This document shows positions 29,399 through 39,099 of a stretch of 64,000 nt of DNA, piece after piece (positions within the stretch are counted from its first letter, which is position 1; each line of letters begins with the position of its first letter). The notes beneath the pieces were generated by a model that was given only the letters and a program-made list of their open reading frames with translations, did not search any database and was not told the DNA's origin. The DNA comes from Gemmatimonadaceae bacterium (GTDB lineage Bacteria > Gemmatimonadota > Gemmatimonadetes > Gemmatimonadales > Gemmatimonadaceae). The stretch covers positions 207 through 64,206 of the forward strand of contig DATMHK010000048.1 in NCBI GenBank assembly GCA_035554995.1, written 5' to 3'. Both the position numbers and the translations under genes were made by a program.

Positions 29399-30180
29399 GC
29401 GGTGATTCGCGCGAGCTGCCGTCGGGCTTCGTCGCCCTCGACGTCGGTGCGAGCCGCGCCGTCTGCGCCGTCGCCCTTTCGTCCGAAATTCGGGAATTGC
29501 TCGGCCGCGGAACGTTGTACGAGTTCGCCGCGTCGAGCGCGAACGCCCGCGCCATCGCCGGACGCGGAACCGCGTACGTCGCGTCGCTTCCCGGCGGAGA
29601 ACGCGTGGTCGTTCGCCACAATCGTCACGGCGGCGCATTGGCCGCGTTCACGCGCGACCTCTTTCGTCCGCCGACGCGCGCGCCGCTCGAGCTGCGCATC
29701 TCGGAGCGACTGCGCCGGCTGGGTATTCCAACGCCCGTCATCCTGGCGTACGCGACGTATCCCGCCGCGGCCGGATTCTGGCGCGCCGACGTCATGACAC
29801 GGTATGTGGCGCCCAGCGCCGACCTCGCTGCCGTCCTCCTCTCCAACGATGGAGCGATGCGCGCGGATGCGTGGGAAGCGACGGCGCTTCTCGTCCGCGA
29901 GATGTCAGCCGCGGGGATTCGCCATCACGATCTCAACGCCAAGAACATTCTGCTCGATCTCCGAAACGACGGTCCGTCCGTGGCGATGCTGCTCGACGTC
30001 GATCGGGTGGTCTTCGACGAAGCACCCGGACGCGCCCGCGACGGCAACTTGAGCCGCCTCTTTCGGTCGTTTCGGAAGTGGCGGTCGCTCTACGGTGCCC
30101 GCGTCGAGGAATCGGAGATCGACGCGCTCGCCCGGCGAGTCCGCGAGCTCACCGCGGCGCCGTCGATGACTCGCTCGTAG
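29395..30180 (+). CDS. Lipopolysaccharide kinase (Kdo/WaaP/InaA) family protein
   Basis: I prefer the GTG that overlaps the cyclase stop (GTGA). The catalytic-loop-like IRHHDLNAKNILLD and the LPS glycosyltransferase context support the call. Confidence 0.75.
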   Translation: MSGDSRELPSGFVALDVGASRAVCAVALSSEIRELLGRGTLYEFAASSANARAIAGRGTAYVASLPGGERVVVRHNRHGGALAAFTRDLFRPPTRAPLELRISERLRRLGIPTPVILAYATYPAAAGFWRADVMTRYVAPSADLAAVLLSNDGAMRADAWEATALLVREMSAAGIRHHDLNAKNILLDLRNDGPSVAMLLDVDRVVFDEAPGRARDGNLSRLFRSFRKWRSLYGARVEESEIDALARRVRELTAAPSMTRS

Positions 30181-31241
30181 ACTTCGATCGTGCGATCGGC
30201 CATTCGCTCGACAGAGAACTGGGAGGCCCGCGACGCGGCGGTCGAGGCGAGACGCGCGGCGAGCTCGCGATCGGTGATCAGACGGGCGATCGCCGCGCCC
30301 AATCCCTCCGGGTCGCGGATATCAGCGAGCAGCCCCGACTCGCCGTCAACGATGACTTCGGGGATTCCACCCGCGCGCGTCGCGGCGATCGGCCGGCCGA
30401 ACGCGAGTGCGTCGAGCAGCACTGAACCCATGCCTTCTTCACGCGAGCTCAAGGCGACGACGTCCGCCGCCGCGAGCATGGCATCCGCGTCCGTGCGGTA
30501 CCCGGCGAGATGGATCACGCCATCGAGCATGAGCGTATGAATCTCTCGTTCGACTTCGCCGCGAAGCGATCCGTCGCCGACGAGAAGGGCCTGGACGGTG
30601 GGTACGATGCGACGGGCGTGCGCCATCGCTCGCACGAAGTTGATCGGATCCTTGTGGCCGACGAGCTGCGCGACCTGAACGACGAGCGGCGCGCCCGGCT
30701 GTACGCCGAGGCCGACGAGCGTGTCGGCGGACGCCGGCGCCGCGGCGCGATGTACGTCGACCCCGTCCGGTACCACGGTGATCAAAGAGGGGTTGATCCC
30801 GCTGTGGATCAGCACGCGCTGTACGGCCTGCGATACCGCGATGATTGCCGCGGCTCGACCGTACTTCCACCGCGTCCCCGCGTTGGGACGCAGCGCGAAA
30901 TCCACGCGCCGGGAGACGACCATCGGCGTGCGTGTGCCGATCGTCGCCAGCGCGCCGGCGGCGACGGCGTGTGCGGTATGCGCGTGGACGACGTCGACGC
31001 GTTCGCGGCGCATCGCGGCGCGCAACTGGAGCGCCGCCCGTGGGTCGAGCTCGCCCAACGGATCGCAGAGCACGACGTCGAGTCCCGCGTCGGCCGCGCG
31101 TTTTGCCAGCGGTTCGCCGGAACGCGCCGCCACGACGCATCGATGGCCGCGTCGCGCAAGCTCCGCGGCAAGCCACAACGCCTGCCGCTCGCCGCCGCGC
31201 CAGCCATGCTCCGTATCGATGTGCAGAATGCGAAGAGTCAC
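30090..31241 (-). CDS. Glycosyltransferase family 4 (GT1 clan, GT-B)
   Basis: Start trimmed to VTLRILHIDTEHGWRGGERQ. The C-terminal domain carries SREEGMGSVLLDALAFGRPIAATRAGGIPEVI, an E-x7-E-like motif. Confidence 0.85.
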   Translation of the reverse strand: MTLRILHIDTEHGWRGGERQALWLAAELARRGHRCVVAARSGEPLAKRAADAGLDVVLCDPLGELDPRAALQLRAAMRRERVDVVHAHTAHAVAAGALATIGTRTPMVVSRRVDFALRPNAGTRWKYGRAAAIIAVSQAVQRVLIHSGINPSLITVVPDGVDVHRAAAPASADTLVGLGVQPGAPLVVQVAQLVGHKDPINFVRAMAHARRIVPTVQALLVGDGSLRGEVEREIHTLMLDGVIHLAGYRTDADAMLAAADVVALSSREEGMGSVLLDALAFGRPIAATRAGGIPEVIVDGESGLLADIRDPEGLGAAIARLITDRELAARLASTAASRASQFSVERMADRTIEVYERVIDGAAVSSRTRRASASISDSSTRAP

Positions 31242-31335
31242 CGCGCGCAACTTCCCCGGCTCGGCGTTGGGGCGCAAGGCTCGGCGAGAGTCACGGGATG
31301 CGTAACTCGGGAAATAGGACCAAGAGGGGCGTACG

Positions 31336-32334
31336 ATGCCTGAATTGCGACGTATCCTCGTGGTTGCGCTGGACAATCTCGGTGACCTCGTGTTCGCGTC
31401 GGCGCTCGTGCCGCCGATCCGCCAAGCGTTTCCGTCAGCCGTCATTGGAGTCTGGTGCAAGGAGTACACGGCGCCGATCGCGAGACTCATCCCGCACGTC
31501 GATCAGGTTTTTGCCGCGGACCCGATGTGGGCGGTCTCGTCCGGGCGCCCGCGTCCGCCGCTCGGACCATTTGTTCGGACGTTGCTCGACGTGAGGCACG
31601 CAAAGTTCGATGCGGCGGTCCTCAGCGCCGCACCCTGGCGAACCGCGGCCGCGTGCGCCGCAACCGGGATTCCCGTCCGTATCGGCTTGAAGCGTCACCG
31701 GAACTCCGCCTTTCTCACCCGCGTGTTGCCGGCCGCGGACGTGACGAAACCGGTTCTTGTCGAGCAGGCCAGGCTGCTCGGCGAGCTGGGGATCTCGTCG
31801 AACGCTCCGCGCTATCGTCTCGACGCGGCGCGCTTGGGCGCGGCGCGCGATGACGTCGCGCGCCAGCTGACGACGCGTTTCGTCGCATTGCACCCGTTCG
31901 CGGGCGCACGCAGCCGCTGCGTTCATCTCGGCGAGTGGACCCAGGTTGCCTTCGCGCTTCAGTCGCGCGGGATTCGCGCGCTGTGGGTCGGAACGACGCC
32001 GGAGCTGGACGAGCTTCGAAAGTCGGTCACACACCCGTCGGGCTACTATGTCGATCGGATTCAGGCGAGCGACGCCGGCAACGGCTCGCTGACGGTGACC
32101 GCCGCGGCGATCTCACTGTCCGAGGGATTCGTCGGGCACGACTCGGGGCCGCTGCACGTCGCCGGTGCGCTCGGTGTCCCCGTGATTGGGGTTTTCGCGC
32201 CGGGAGAACCGAAGCGCACTTTCCCCCAGGGTGTCGGGCCATGGCGAATGATTCACCGCGCGACGCCGAATGAGATCGGCGCCGCGGATTTGCTGCACGA
32301 GATCACGGATCTCGGTCTATTTTCCGCTCCATGA
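31336..32334 (+). CDS. Glycosyltransferase family 9 (heptosyltransferase-like)
   Basis: 332 aa. RILVVALDNLGDLVFASALVPPIR is a typical GT9 N-terminus, and DSGPLHVAGALGVPVIGVF is present in the C-terminal domain. Confidence 0.85.
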   Translation: MPELRRILVVALDNLGDLVFASALVPPIRQAFPSAVIGVWCKEYTAPIARLIPHVDQVFAADPMWAVSSGRPRPPLGPFVRTLLDVRHAKFDAAVLSAAPWRTAAACAATGIPVRIGLKRHRNSAFLTRVLPAADVTKPVLVEQARLLGELGISSNAPRYRLDAARLGAARDDVARQLTTRFVALHPFAGARSRCVHLGEWTQVAFALQSRGIRALWVGTTPELDELRKSVTHPSGYYVDRIQASDAGNGSLTVTAAAISLSEGFVGHDSGPLHVAGALGVPVIGVFAPGEPKRTFPQGVGPWRMIHRATPNEIGAADLLHEITDLGLFSAP

Positions 32335-33380
32335 TCGACGTTCCGCTTCAGCGCGTGTGCATCGTGATGATGAGCGCGGTCGGCGACGCCGTGCATGTGC
32401 TTCCGGTGATCAACGCACTCAAGCGTCGATCGCCGGGCACGCACGTCACCTGGGTCTTGCAGCCGGGGCCCGCGTCGCTCGTGCGCGGACACCGTTCGGT
32501 GGACGAAATCATCGTCTTCGACCGTTCCCGCGGTTGGCGCGCATTCACAGACGTGCGGCGCGAGCTGGCGGCGCGGCGGTTCGATCTGGTGCTCGCGCTG
32601 CAGGTGTACTTCAAAGCCGGCATCGTCACGAGCTTCACGCGAGCGTCGGTGAAACTCGGCTTCGACCTCGCACGCGCGCGCGATGCGAACTGGCTCTTCA
32701 CGACGCATCGCATCCCACCGCACGAACCGCAGCACGTGCAGGATCAATACTTCGAGTTCCTCACCGAAATCGGCGTTCCGTACGAGCCGATAGAGTGGGA
32801 CCTGGGGCCGTCGCCAGAAGAACGACCGGCGCAGCAGGAGTTCGCGTCGCGCTTCGATCGCCCGATCGCCTCGATCGTCGTCGCGACGAGCAAGCCGGAG
32901 AAGGATTGGCTCCCCGAGCGATGGGCGGAGGTCGCCGACGCGTTATGGAATGACTTCGGACTCCACCCGGTGCTCGTTGGAGGACGTTCCCCACGTGAGC
33001 TCGCGGCGGAGCGCGCCATTCTCGAGCGAACGGAGCACGCTCCGTATTCGGCGCTCGGCAGCGGGCTGCGAAAGCTGGTCGGCATCTTCGACGCATCGTC
33101 GCTCGTGCTCTCTCCGGACACCGGACCGCTGCACATGGCCGTCGCACTCGACAGGCCGGTCGTGAGTCTGATGGGATATACGAACCCGAAGCGGACGGGC
33201 CCGTATCGGCGATTTCACGATTTACTCATCGACGCGTATGGCGAGCCCGGCGAGAACTACCCGATCAGCATGGAGAATCGCCTCGGGCGAATGCCGCGCA
33301 TCTCTGTGCGCGACGTCCTCGAGCGAGTCGAGCGCTGGCGCGCGGCCTATCAGTCGGCCGAGATCGGACCGAAGTCGTAG
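32331..33380 (+). CDS. Glycosyltransferase family 9 (heptosyltransferase-like)
   Basis: 349 aa. Motifs are VCIVMMSAVGDAVHVLPVINALKR and DTGPLHMAVALDRPVVSLMG. There is an ATGA overlap with the upstream GT9 gene. Confidence 0.85.
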   Translation: MIDVPLQRVCIVMMSAVGDAVHVLPVINALKRRSPGTHVTWVLQPGPASLVRGHRSVDEIIVFDRSRGWRAFTDVRRELAARRFDLVLALQVYFKAGIVTSFTRASVKLGFDLARARDANWLFTTHRIPPHEPQHVQDQYFEFLTEIGVPYEPIEWDLGPSPEERPAQQEFASRFDRPIASIVVATSKPEKDWLPERWAEVADALWNDFGLHPVLVGGRSPRELAAERAILERTEHAPYSALGSGLRKLVGIFDASSLVLSPDTGPLHMAVALDRPVVSLMGYTNPKRTGPYRRFHDLLIDAYGEPGENYPISMENRLGRMPRISVRDVLERVERWRAAYQSAEIGPKS

Positions 33381-33961
33381 CGAAGCCCGGCTTCGCGCAG
33401 CAGGCCGGCAAGCCGGTTGAGCGCGAGGCCCATCACGGCGAAGTAATCGCCGTCGACGCGTTCGACGATCGTGGCGCCGAAGCCTTGAATGCCATAGGCG
33501 CCCGCTTTGTCCATCGGCTCACCGGTGTCGATGTAGCGTTCGATCTCGTCGTCGGAGAGAGCGCGGAAGGTGACATCCACTTGTTCCACGCCGGACAGCG
33601 TCTTCCCGCACCACGAGACAGCCACTCCGGTCATGACGACGTGCGAGCGGCCGCTCAATCGGCGAAGCATTTGCCCGGCGTGCTCGCGGTCGCGCGGTTT
33701 GCCGAGCACGTCGCCGTCCACGACGACGATCGTGTCGCTCCCGATCGTCACGGCGTCGGCGCCGGCGACCGACGCGATCGCCTCCGCTTTGCCGCGCGCC
33801 AGTCGCTCGGCGTGCGCGTCGGGACGCTCTCCGGGCAAATACGATTCGTCGATGTCTGCGGGGCGAACCTCATGATCGACGCCGATCAGCCGCAGCAGTT
33901 CACGACGGCGAGGCGACGCCGAGGCGAGAATGACACGAGGGCGCGTCATCGCTCGAGCCAA
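33350..33961 (-). CDS. maf: Maf-like nucleoside triphosphate pyrophosphatase
   Basis: 203 aa. Motifs are ILASASPRRRELL, DTIVVVDGDVLGKP and KAGAYGIQG. Confidence 0.9.
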   Translation of the reverse strand: MARAMTRPRVILASASPRRRELLRLIGVDHEVRPADIDESYLPGERPDAHAERLARGKAEAIASVAGADAVTIGSDTIVVVDGDVLGKPRDREHAGQMLRRLSGRSHVVMTGVAVSWCGKTLSGVEQVDVTFRALSDDEIERYIDTGEPMDKAGAYGIQGFGATIVERVDGDYFAVMGLALNRLAGLLREAGLRYDFGPISAD

Positions 33962-34383
33962 ATGGTGACGGGACCGTCGTTCACGAGCTCCACCTCCATC
34001 GCGGCCCCGAATTCTCCGCAGGCGATGGTCACGCCGCGCTCCCGCAGCAGCGCGAGAAACCGCTCGTAAAGCGGAATCGCCTGCTCCGGCCGGGCCGCAT
34101 CAATGAAGCTCGGCCGCCGGCCTTTTACCGCGTCGCCGTAGAGTGTGAATTGCGACACGACGAGAAGCTCGCCTGCGCTCTCGAGGATCGACCGGTTCAT
34201 CTTGTCCTGCTCGTCGGCGAATATCCGAAGGCCGACGATCTTGTCCGTCATCCAGGTGACTTGGTCGTCGCCGTCGGAGTGCGTGAAGCCGACAAGCACG
34301 ACGGCGCCATGGCCGATCTTTCCTATCACGTTGCCGCCGACGCGGACTTCAGCGCGCTTGGCGCGTTGAATGAGCGCTCTCAT
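33946..34383 (-). CDS. dtd: D-aminoacyl-tRNA deacylase
   Basis: 145 aa. Motifs are MRALIQRAKRAEVRV, SQFTLYGD and the C-terminal GPVTIWLE. Confidence 0.95.
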   Translation of the reverse strand: MRALIQRAKRAEVRVGGNVIGKIGHGAVVLVGFTHSDGDDQVTWMTDKIVGLRIFADEQDKMNRSILESAGELLVVSQFTLYGDAVKGRRPSFIDAARPEQAIPLYERFLALLRERGVTIACGEFGAAMEVELVNDGPVTIWLER

Positions 34384-34435
34384 CGTGTTGAACTGTAGCG
34401 CCGGCGCAAAATCCTCCCAACCGGCTCAAAACTCC

Positions 34436-34508
34436 ATTGGGGTCTGACCCTATTTAGAGAACTTGAAATAGGGTCAGACCCCAATTCGGTGGGTGTTCGG
34501 GGGACGGG
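34436..34508. repeat. Palindromic element, copy 2: 20-bp stem plus the same 3' flank
   Basis: ATTGGGGTCTGACCCTATTT-(10 nt)-AAATAGGGTCAGACCCCAAT is followed by TCGGTGGGTGTTCGGGG. It abuts the yceI stop. Relative to copy 1 the central W of GGTCWGACC is swapped in both arms. Confidence 0.9.
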
Positions 34509-35078
34509 CTAGGCGGCAACCGTCTCGGCGACACCTGCTTGCTTTACCACTTCGACGTCGATCGAGAGCTTCACTTCGTCGCTCACGACGACGCCACCCG
34601 TTTCGAGCGCCTGGTTCCAGTGGAGACCGAAGTCCGCGCGATTGAGTTTTCCCGTCGCACTGAAGCCGGCGCGCTCGTTGCCCCACGGATCCTTCGTCTC
34701 GCCCTCGAGCGTCGCCTTGAGCTCGACCTCGTGGGTGACCTCGCGGATCGTCAAGTCGCCGATCACGCGGAAGTCGCCGTTGCGCGGATCACCCTCGATG
34801 CGCTTGCTCACGAAATGAAGCTTCGGGAACCGCGCGACGTCGAAGAAATCCGGCGACCGGAGATGATTATCCCGCATCTCCTGTCGCGTGTCGATCGAGG
34901 TTGCGTCGATCGTGACGTCGACCTCGGAGTTTCTCGGATTCTGCTCGTCGACGGTCACCGTTCCGGTCACCGCGCCAAAGCGCCCGCGCACCGTAGAGAT
35001 CATCAAGTGCCGAACTGAGAACCCGACTTCAGCGTGCGTCGGATCGATGGTCCATTTAGTCGTCGATGTGCTGCTCAT
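34509..35078 (-). CDS. YceI-family polyisoprenoid-binding protein
   Basis: Start trimmed to MSSTSTTKWTIDPTHAEVGFSVRHLMISTVRGRF, a canonical YceI N-terminus. The protein is 189 aa. Confidence 0.9.
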   Translation of the reverse strand: MSSTSTTKWTIDPTHAEVGFSVRHLMISTVRGRFGAVTGTVTVDEQNPRNSEVDVTIDATSIDTRQEMRDNHLRSPDFFDVARFPKLHFVSKRIEGDPRNGDFRVIGDLTIREVTHEVELKATLEGETKDPWGNERAGFSATGKLNRADFGLHWNQALETGGVVVSDEVKLSIDVEVVKQAGVAETVAA

Positions 35079-35171
35079 GGTCTGTCCTCGGAAGTTGGCT
35101 ACGAATTCTGCTGTACTGTATCGTTTGCTTATGGAACGTCTATATATGAACTTCATGGGCAAATAGAACGC

Positions 35172-35630
35172 CTACTTCAGGTGCGCGAGCAACCTCACCA
35201 GCGTTGCCCGGTCTTCGACTGGGACGCTCGCCGCGACCTCTTCCTGCAACCGCGTAACCTCTTTGCTGCCATCTGCCTGACGGGCTCGCCCTGCCTCGGT
35301 AATCTCGGCTTTGACGCTTCGACGATCGGTCGGACAGGCAACCCGCTTCACCAAGCCGTCTGCTTCGAGACGGTCAACGAGTTGGGTCATGTTCGAGCGA
35401 ACGCAGCTCAGCCGGCTAGCGAGCTCTCCAAGCGACAGCGCATCGCCAGCCGACACAAGCTCGTTGAGCACGGAGAACTTCGGCATCGAAAGATCTGCCT
35501 TCTCCAGTGCGTCCTCGAGCTTCTCTTCGAGCGCATGCGCGGCGTGAATGACCGAGAAAATGGTCGTGTCCGCTGCAGCGCTTTTGGTCGAGGTCCGGCC
35601 GTCAGTATCATTCACGTATGAATTGTACAT
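35172..35630 (-). CDS. MarR-family transcriptional regulator
   Basis: 152 aa. The winged-HTH region is LSLGELASRLSCVRSNMTQLVDRLEADGLVKR...DRRSV. It lies upstream of yceI on the same strand. Confidence 0.88.
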   Translation of the reverse strand: MYNSYVNDTDGRTSTKSAAADTTIFSVIHAAHALEEKLEDALEKADLSMPKFSVLNELVSAGDALSLGELASRLSCVRSNMTQLVDRLEADGLVKRVACPTDRRSVKAEITEAGRARQADGSKEVTRLQEEVAASVPVEDRATLVRLLAHLK

Positions 35631-35729
35631 ACCTCGAGAACCCCCGTCAAGGGGGTTTTGGCCTATCCTATCCGAGCGGCCACGCCTTCAACGGTCACCA
35701 AGCGCTGCTGATGTCCGCTTCGCCGTTTA

Positions 35730-35793
35730 CCGGCGATGGACGATGGGCGGTCGGCGATGGAAATACCGCCCACCGCCCATCCGCCACCGCCCG
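35730..35793. repeat. Degenerate GCGATGG-family hairpin 3' of glmS
   Basis: The element reads CCGGCGATGGACGATGGGCGGTCGGCGATGG-AAATA-CCGCCCACCGCCCATCCGCCACCGCCCG. The arms are imperfectly complementary, for example GATGGGCGGT with ACCGCCCATC. Confidence 0.65.
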
Positions 35794-35795
35794 CT

Positions 35796-37628
35796 TTACT
35801 CCACCGTCACCGACTTCGCCAGATTCCGCGGCTGATCCACGTTCAAGCCGCGCTTCACCGCGATGTAGTACGCGAGCAGCTGCAGCGGGATCACGGTCAG
35901 GATCGGGTAGAGCATGTCGATCGTTTGCGGGACGCGGATCTCGTAGTCGATCATCCCCTCGAGCTCGGGTTCATCCTGGCTCGTGATGCAGATGATCTTA
36001 CCGCCGCGCGCTTTCACTTCCTGGATGTTCGAAACGACCTTGTCGAACACCGCGTCGTGCGGCGCGACGAACACCACGGGCATCTCCGAGTCGATCAGCG
36101 CGATCGGGCCGTGCTTCATCTCGGCCGCCGGATAGCCCTCCGCGTGGATGTAGCTGATCTCTTTCAGCTTGAGCGCTCCCTCGAGCGCGACGGGGAAGTT
36201 GTAGCCGCGGCCGAGGTACAAGAAGTTCGTCGCGTTCTTGAAACGTTCGGCGATCTCCTCGATCTCTTTCGCGCTGTCGAGGATCGTCTGAATCTGATCC
36301 GGCAATGCAAGCATCGCCGTCGCGATCTCCTTGCCTTTCACCACCGACATGTTGCGTAGCCGCGCGAGTTTCAACGTCAACAGCGCGAGCGCGATGACCT
36401 GGCTCGTAAAGGCCTTCGTCGACGCGACGCCAATTTCCGGCCCGGCATGCAAATAAATACCGCCGTCGTCCTCACGCGCGATCGTCGAGCCGACGACGTT
36501 CACCAATCCGAGCGTCTTCGCCCCGCGCCGCTTTGCTTCGCGCATCGCGGCGAGCGTGTCGGCCGTCTCGCCGGATTGTGAGACGACGACGCACAGCGTC
36601 TTGTCGGTGACGATCGGGTTCCGATAGCGGAATTCCGACGCGTACTCCACCTCGCAGCGGATGCGCGCGTTTTCCTCGATGTACAGCTCGCCGATCAACC
36701 CCGAATGCCAGCTCGTGCCGCACGCGGTGATGACGACCTGGTCGATCGACTGGAGCTCTTCCTTGGTGAGATTGAGGCCGCCCAGCTTGGAGAATCCTTC
36801 GTCGACGACGAGGCGGCCGCGCATCGTGTTCTGAATCGTCTGCGGCTGCTCGCAAATCTCCTTGAGCATGAAGTGGTCGAAGCCGCCCTTCTCGATCTCG
36901 TCGAGCGACCAGTCGATCCGGCTCACGCCCTTTTGCACGCGCCGCGCGTTGAGATCGAGTACTTCATAGTGATCCTTCGTCAGCACCGCCATCTCGCCGT
37001 CGTCGAGATAAACGACCTGGCGTGTGTGCTGGAGGATGGCCGCGACATCGCTCGCCACGTAGTTCTCACCGTCGCCGAGGCCGATGAGCAGCGGGCTGCC
37101 CTGCCGCGCCGCGACAATCTTGTCGGGGTCGTGGCTGGAAATTACGGCGATGCCGTACGTCCCCTGGACGAGATTCAGCGCGTCGATCACCGCGTCCTCG
37201 AGCGGGTCGCCGTTCCCCGTCGCCGCCTCGATCAAGTGCGCCAGGACTTCGGTATCCGTCTCCGATTTAAATTTGTGGCCCTGCATCTCGAGCATCTTCC
37301 GCAGCGCGCTGAAGTTCTCGATGATGCCGTTGTGGACGACGGCGATCGTGTTCGTGCAGTCGGTGTGCGGATGCGCGTTGCACTCGTTCGGCGCACCGTG
37401 CGTGGCCCAGCGCGTGTGCGCGATTCCCGTCGACCCGTGAATCGGATTGTGGTTCACGAGGTTCTCGAGCACCGAGATCTTGCCCTTCGCTCGGCGCGTC
37501 TCGAGACCGTGGCCGTTACTCATCGCGATGCCGGCCGAGTCATAGCCGCGATACTCGAGGCGCTTGAGGCCCTCGATGAGAAGCGTCGTCGCGCCCTTCG
37601 ATCCCACGTATCCGACAATTCCGCACAT
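35796..37628 (-). CDS. glmS: Glutamine--fructose-6-phosphate aminotransferase
   Basis: 610 aa. It has the MCGIVGYVG N-terminal nucleophile, two SIS domains and the C-terminal ...PRNLAKSVTVE. Confidence 0.98.
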   Translation of the reverse strand: MCGIVGYVGSKGATTLLIEGLKRLEYRGYDSAGIAMSNGHGLETRRAKGKISVLENLVNHNPIHGSTGIAHTRWATHGAPNECNAHPHTDCTNTIAVVHNGIIENFSALRKMLEMQGHKFKSETDTEVLAHLIEAATGNGDPLEDAVIDALNLVQGTYGIAVISSHDPDKIVAARQGSPLLIGLGDGENYVASDVAAILQHTRQVVYLDDGEMAVLTKDHYEVLDLNARRVQKGVSRIDWSLDEIEKGGFDHFMLKEICEQPQTIQNTMRGRLVVDEGFSKLGGLNLTKEELQSIDQVVITACGTSWHSGLIGELYIEENARIRCEVEYASEFRYRNPIVTDKTLCVVVSQSGETADTLAAMREAKRRGAKTLGLVNVVGSTIAREDDGGIYLHAGPEIGVASTKAFTSQVIALALLTLKLARLRNMSVVKGKEIATAMLALPDQIQTILDSAKEIEEIAERFKNATNFLYLGRGYNFPVALEGALKLKEISYIHAEGYPAAEMKHGPIALIDSEMPVVFVAPHDAVFDKVVSNIQEVKARGGKIICITSQDEPELEGMIDYEIRVPQTIDMLYPILTVIPLQLLAYYIAVKRGLNVDQPRNLAKSVTVE

Positions 37629-37643
37629 AAGCCTGGTCCTTGC

Positions 37644-39026
37644 TCAGTGTTTCGCGGCGAGCGCGTCGAGCGGCTCTCTCGAACGCGCGATGAGCGCGTC
37701 CGCCTCCTCACGCGACGGAGCCTCGGCGATGACCCGCACGATTGGCTCCGTTCCCGACGGGCGAACATGCACCCAGCGATCGCGCCACGACAAACGAAGT
37801 CCGTCCTGTGTGTCCGCCTCGGCGTCGGGCATTGCCGACCGCAGCGCGTCGTAGACCTGGCCGAGATCGACATCGGGCCGATCCAGCTTGTCCTTGACGA
37901 TCACGTACCGCGGCAGTTCGGAAACGACTCGCGACAGAGGCCGGTTCTCCTCGAGCAACAGTTGCAGTACCAGTGCCGCCCCGACGGGGGCGTCGCGTCC
38001 CAGATGCACCTCGGACAGGATGACGCCGCCATTCCCTTCACCGCCGATCGGTGCCTTTTCGTCACGCATCCGAATGGCAACGTTGACCTCGCCCACAGGC
38101 GCACGAATGACCGGAACTCCCGCCGCCGTCGCCACATCCTCGACGACTCGGCTCGTCGAAAGATTCGTCACTACGGGACCCCGACGATGCCTCAGCACCA
38201 GGCGCGCGGCGAGCGCCAGGGTGAAGTCCTCCCCAATGGCCTTTCCTTCGTCGGAAACGAGCGCCAGACGGTCGACGTCGGGGTCCACGGCGAACCCAAC
38301 GTCGGCGCGGCTATCGAGCACGAGCCGTTCCAGATCGCCGAGGTTCTCGGCAACAGGCTCCGGGGGGCGCGGAAAGCGACCGTCCGTCTCCGTGTTGATG
38401 GCAACGACGGTGCAGCCCAACTCCTGCAGCAAAGCGGGGATAATGGCCGCGCCGGCTCCTCGGACGCAGTCCAGCGCCACTGTGAATTTGCGGCGCCGTA
38501 TTCCCTCGCGGTCGATGTACGGTATCGCAAGGACACGTTCGATGTGTCGCGCAATCGCACCATCGTCAACGGAGATCGCGCCCAGCTTGTCCCACGTCGC
38601 GCGCGGGATCCCACGATCCACGAGCGCGCGCATTTCGGCGCCTTCAGCGGCTTCCAGAAACAGCCCGGACGGGCCGATGAACTTGAGCGCATTCCACTCG
38701 ATCGGATTGTGGCTCGCCGAAATCATGAGGCCGCCGGCGGCATGATGGTCCTCGACGGCGAGCTGGCAGGTGGGCGTGGTGGTGAGACCGATGTCGATCA
38801 CGTCGCAGCCGACCGACTGAAGCGCGGACAGGACCACCCGGTGGAATAGCGGACCGGAGACGCGGCTGTCGCGTCCCACGACGACGCGACCCGTTTCGTT
38901 GCGGCCAGCCGCCCAGGCGCCGAACGCCGCCGCGTATTGGGCGACGATTTCAGGCGTCAGCGCTTCGCCGACTCGGCCGCGAATCCCCGAGACACTCACC
39001 ATCAAGCCGCCCTGCCCGTTCGCCAT
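37644..39026 (-). CDS. glmM: Phosphoglucosamine mutase / phosphohexomutase family
   Basis: Start trimmed to MANGQGG..., with GGAGG 7 nt upstream. The active-site motif is SASHNPIEWNALKF, followed by DPDVDRL. It is adjacent to glmS. GlmM versus PMM/PGM specificity cannot be resolved by eye. Confidence 0.88.
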   Translation of the reverse strand: MANGQGGLMVSVSGIRGRVGEALTPEIVAQYAAAFGAWAAGRNETGRVVVGRDSRVSGPLFHRVVLSALQSVGCDVIDIGLTTTPTCQLAVEDHHAAGGLMISASHNPIEWNALKFIGPSGLFLEAAEGAEMRALVDRGIPRATWDKLGAISVDDGAIARHIERVLAIPYIDREGIRRRKFTVALDCVRGAGAAIIPALLQELGCTVVAINTETDGRFPRPPEPVAENLGDLERLVLDSRADVGFAVDPDVDRLALVSDEGKAIGEDFTLALAARLVLRHRRGPVVTNLSTSRVVEDVATAAGVPVIRAPVGEVNVAIRMRDEKAPIGGEGNGGVILSEVHLGRDAPVGAALVLQLLLEENRPLSRVVSELPRYVIVKDKLDRPDVDLGQVYDALRSAMPDAEADTQDGLRLSWRDRWVHVRPSGTEPIVRVIAEAPSREEADALIARSREPLDALAAKH

Positions 39027-39099
39027 TCGGCCTCCGTTTGGTGGCCGAAAGCTAACCTGGCACGGCGGTTTGCCAGCGCGCCGAAAACGTCGCGAACTG

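Noticed and set aside
26417-29638. 1073-aa minus-strand ORF, the longest in the track
   Set aside because: It lies antisense to trpE and the FHA-GAF-cyclase gene, both of which have clear family motifs. Its product is Arg/Asp/His-rich with no recognisable domain, so it is a high-GC artefact.
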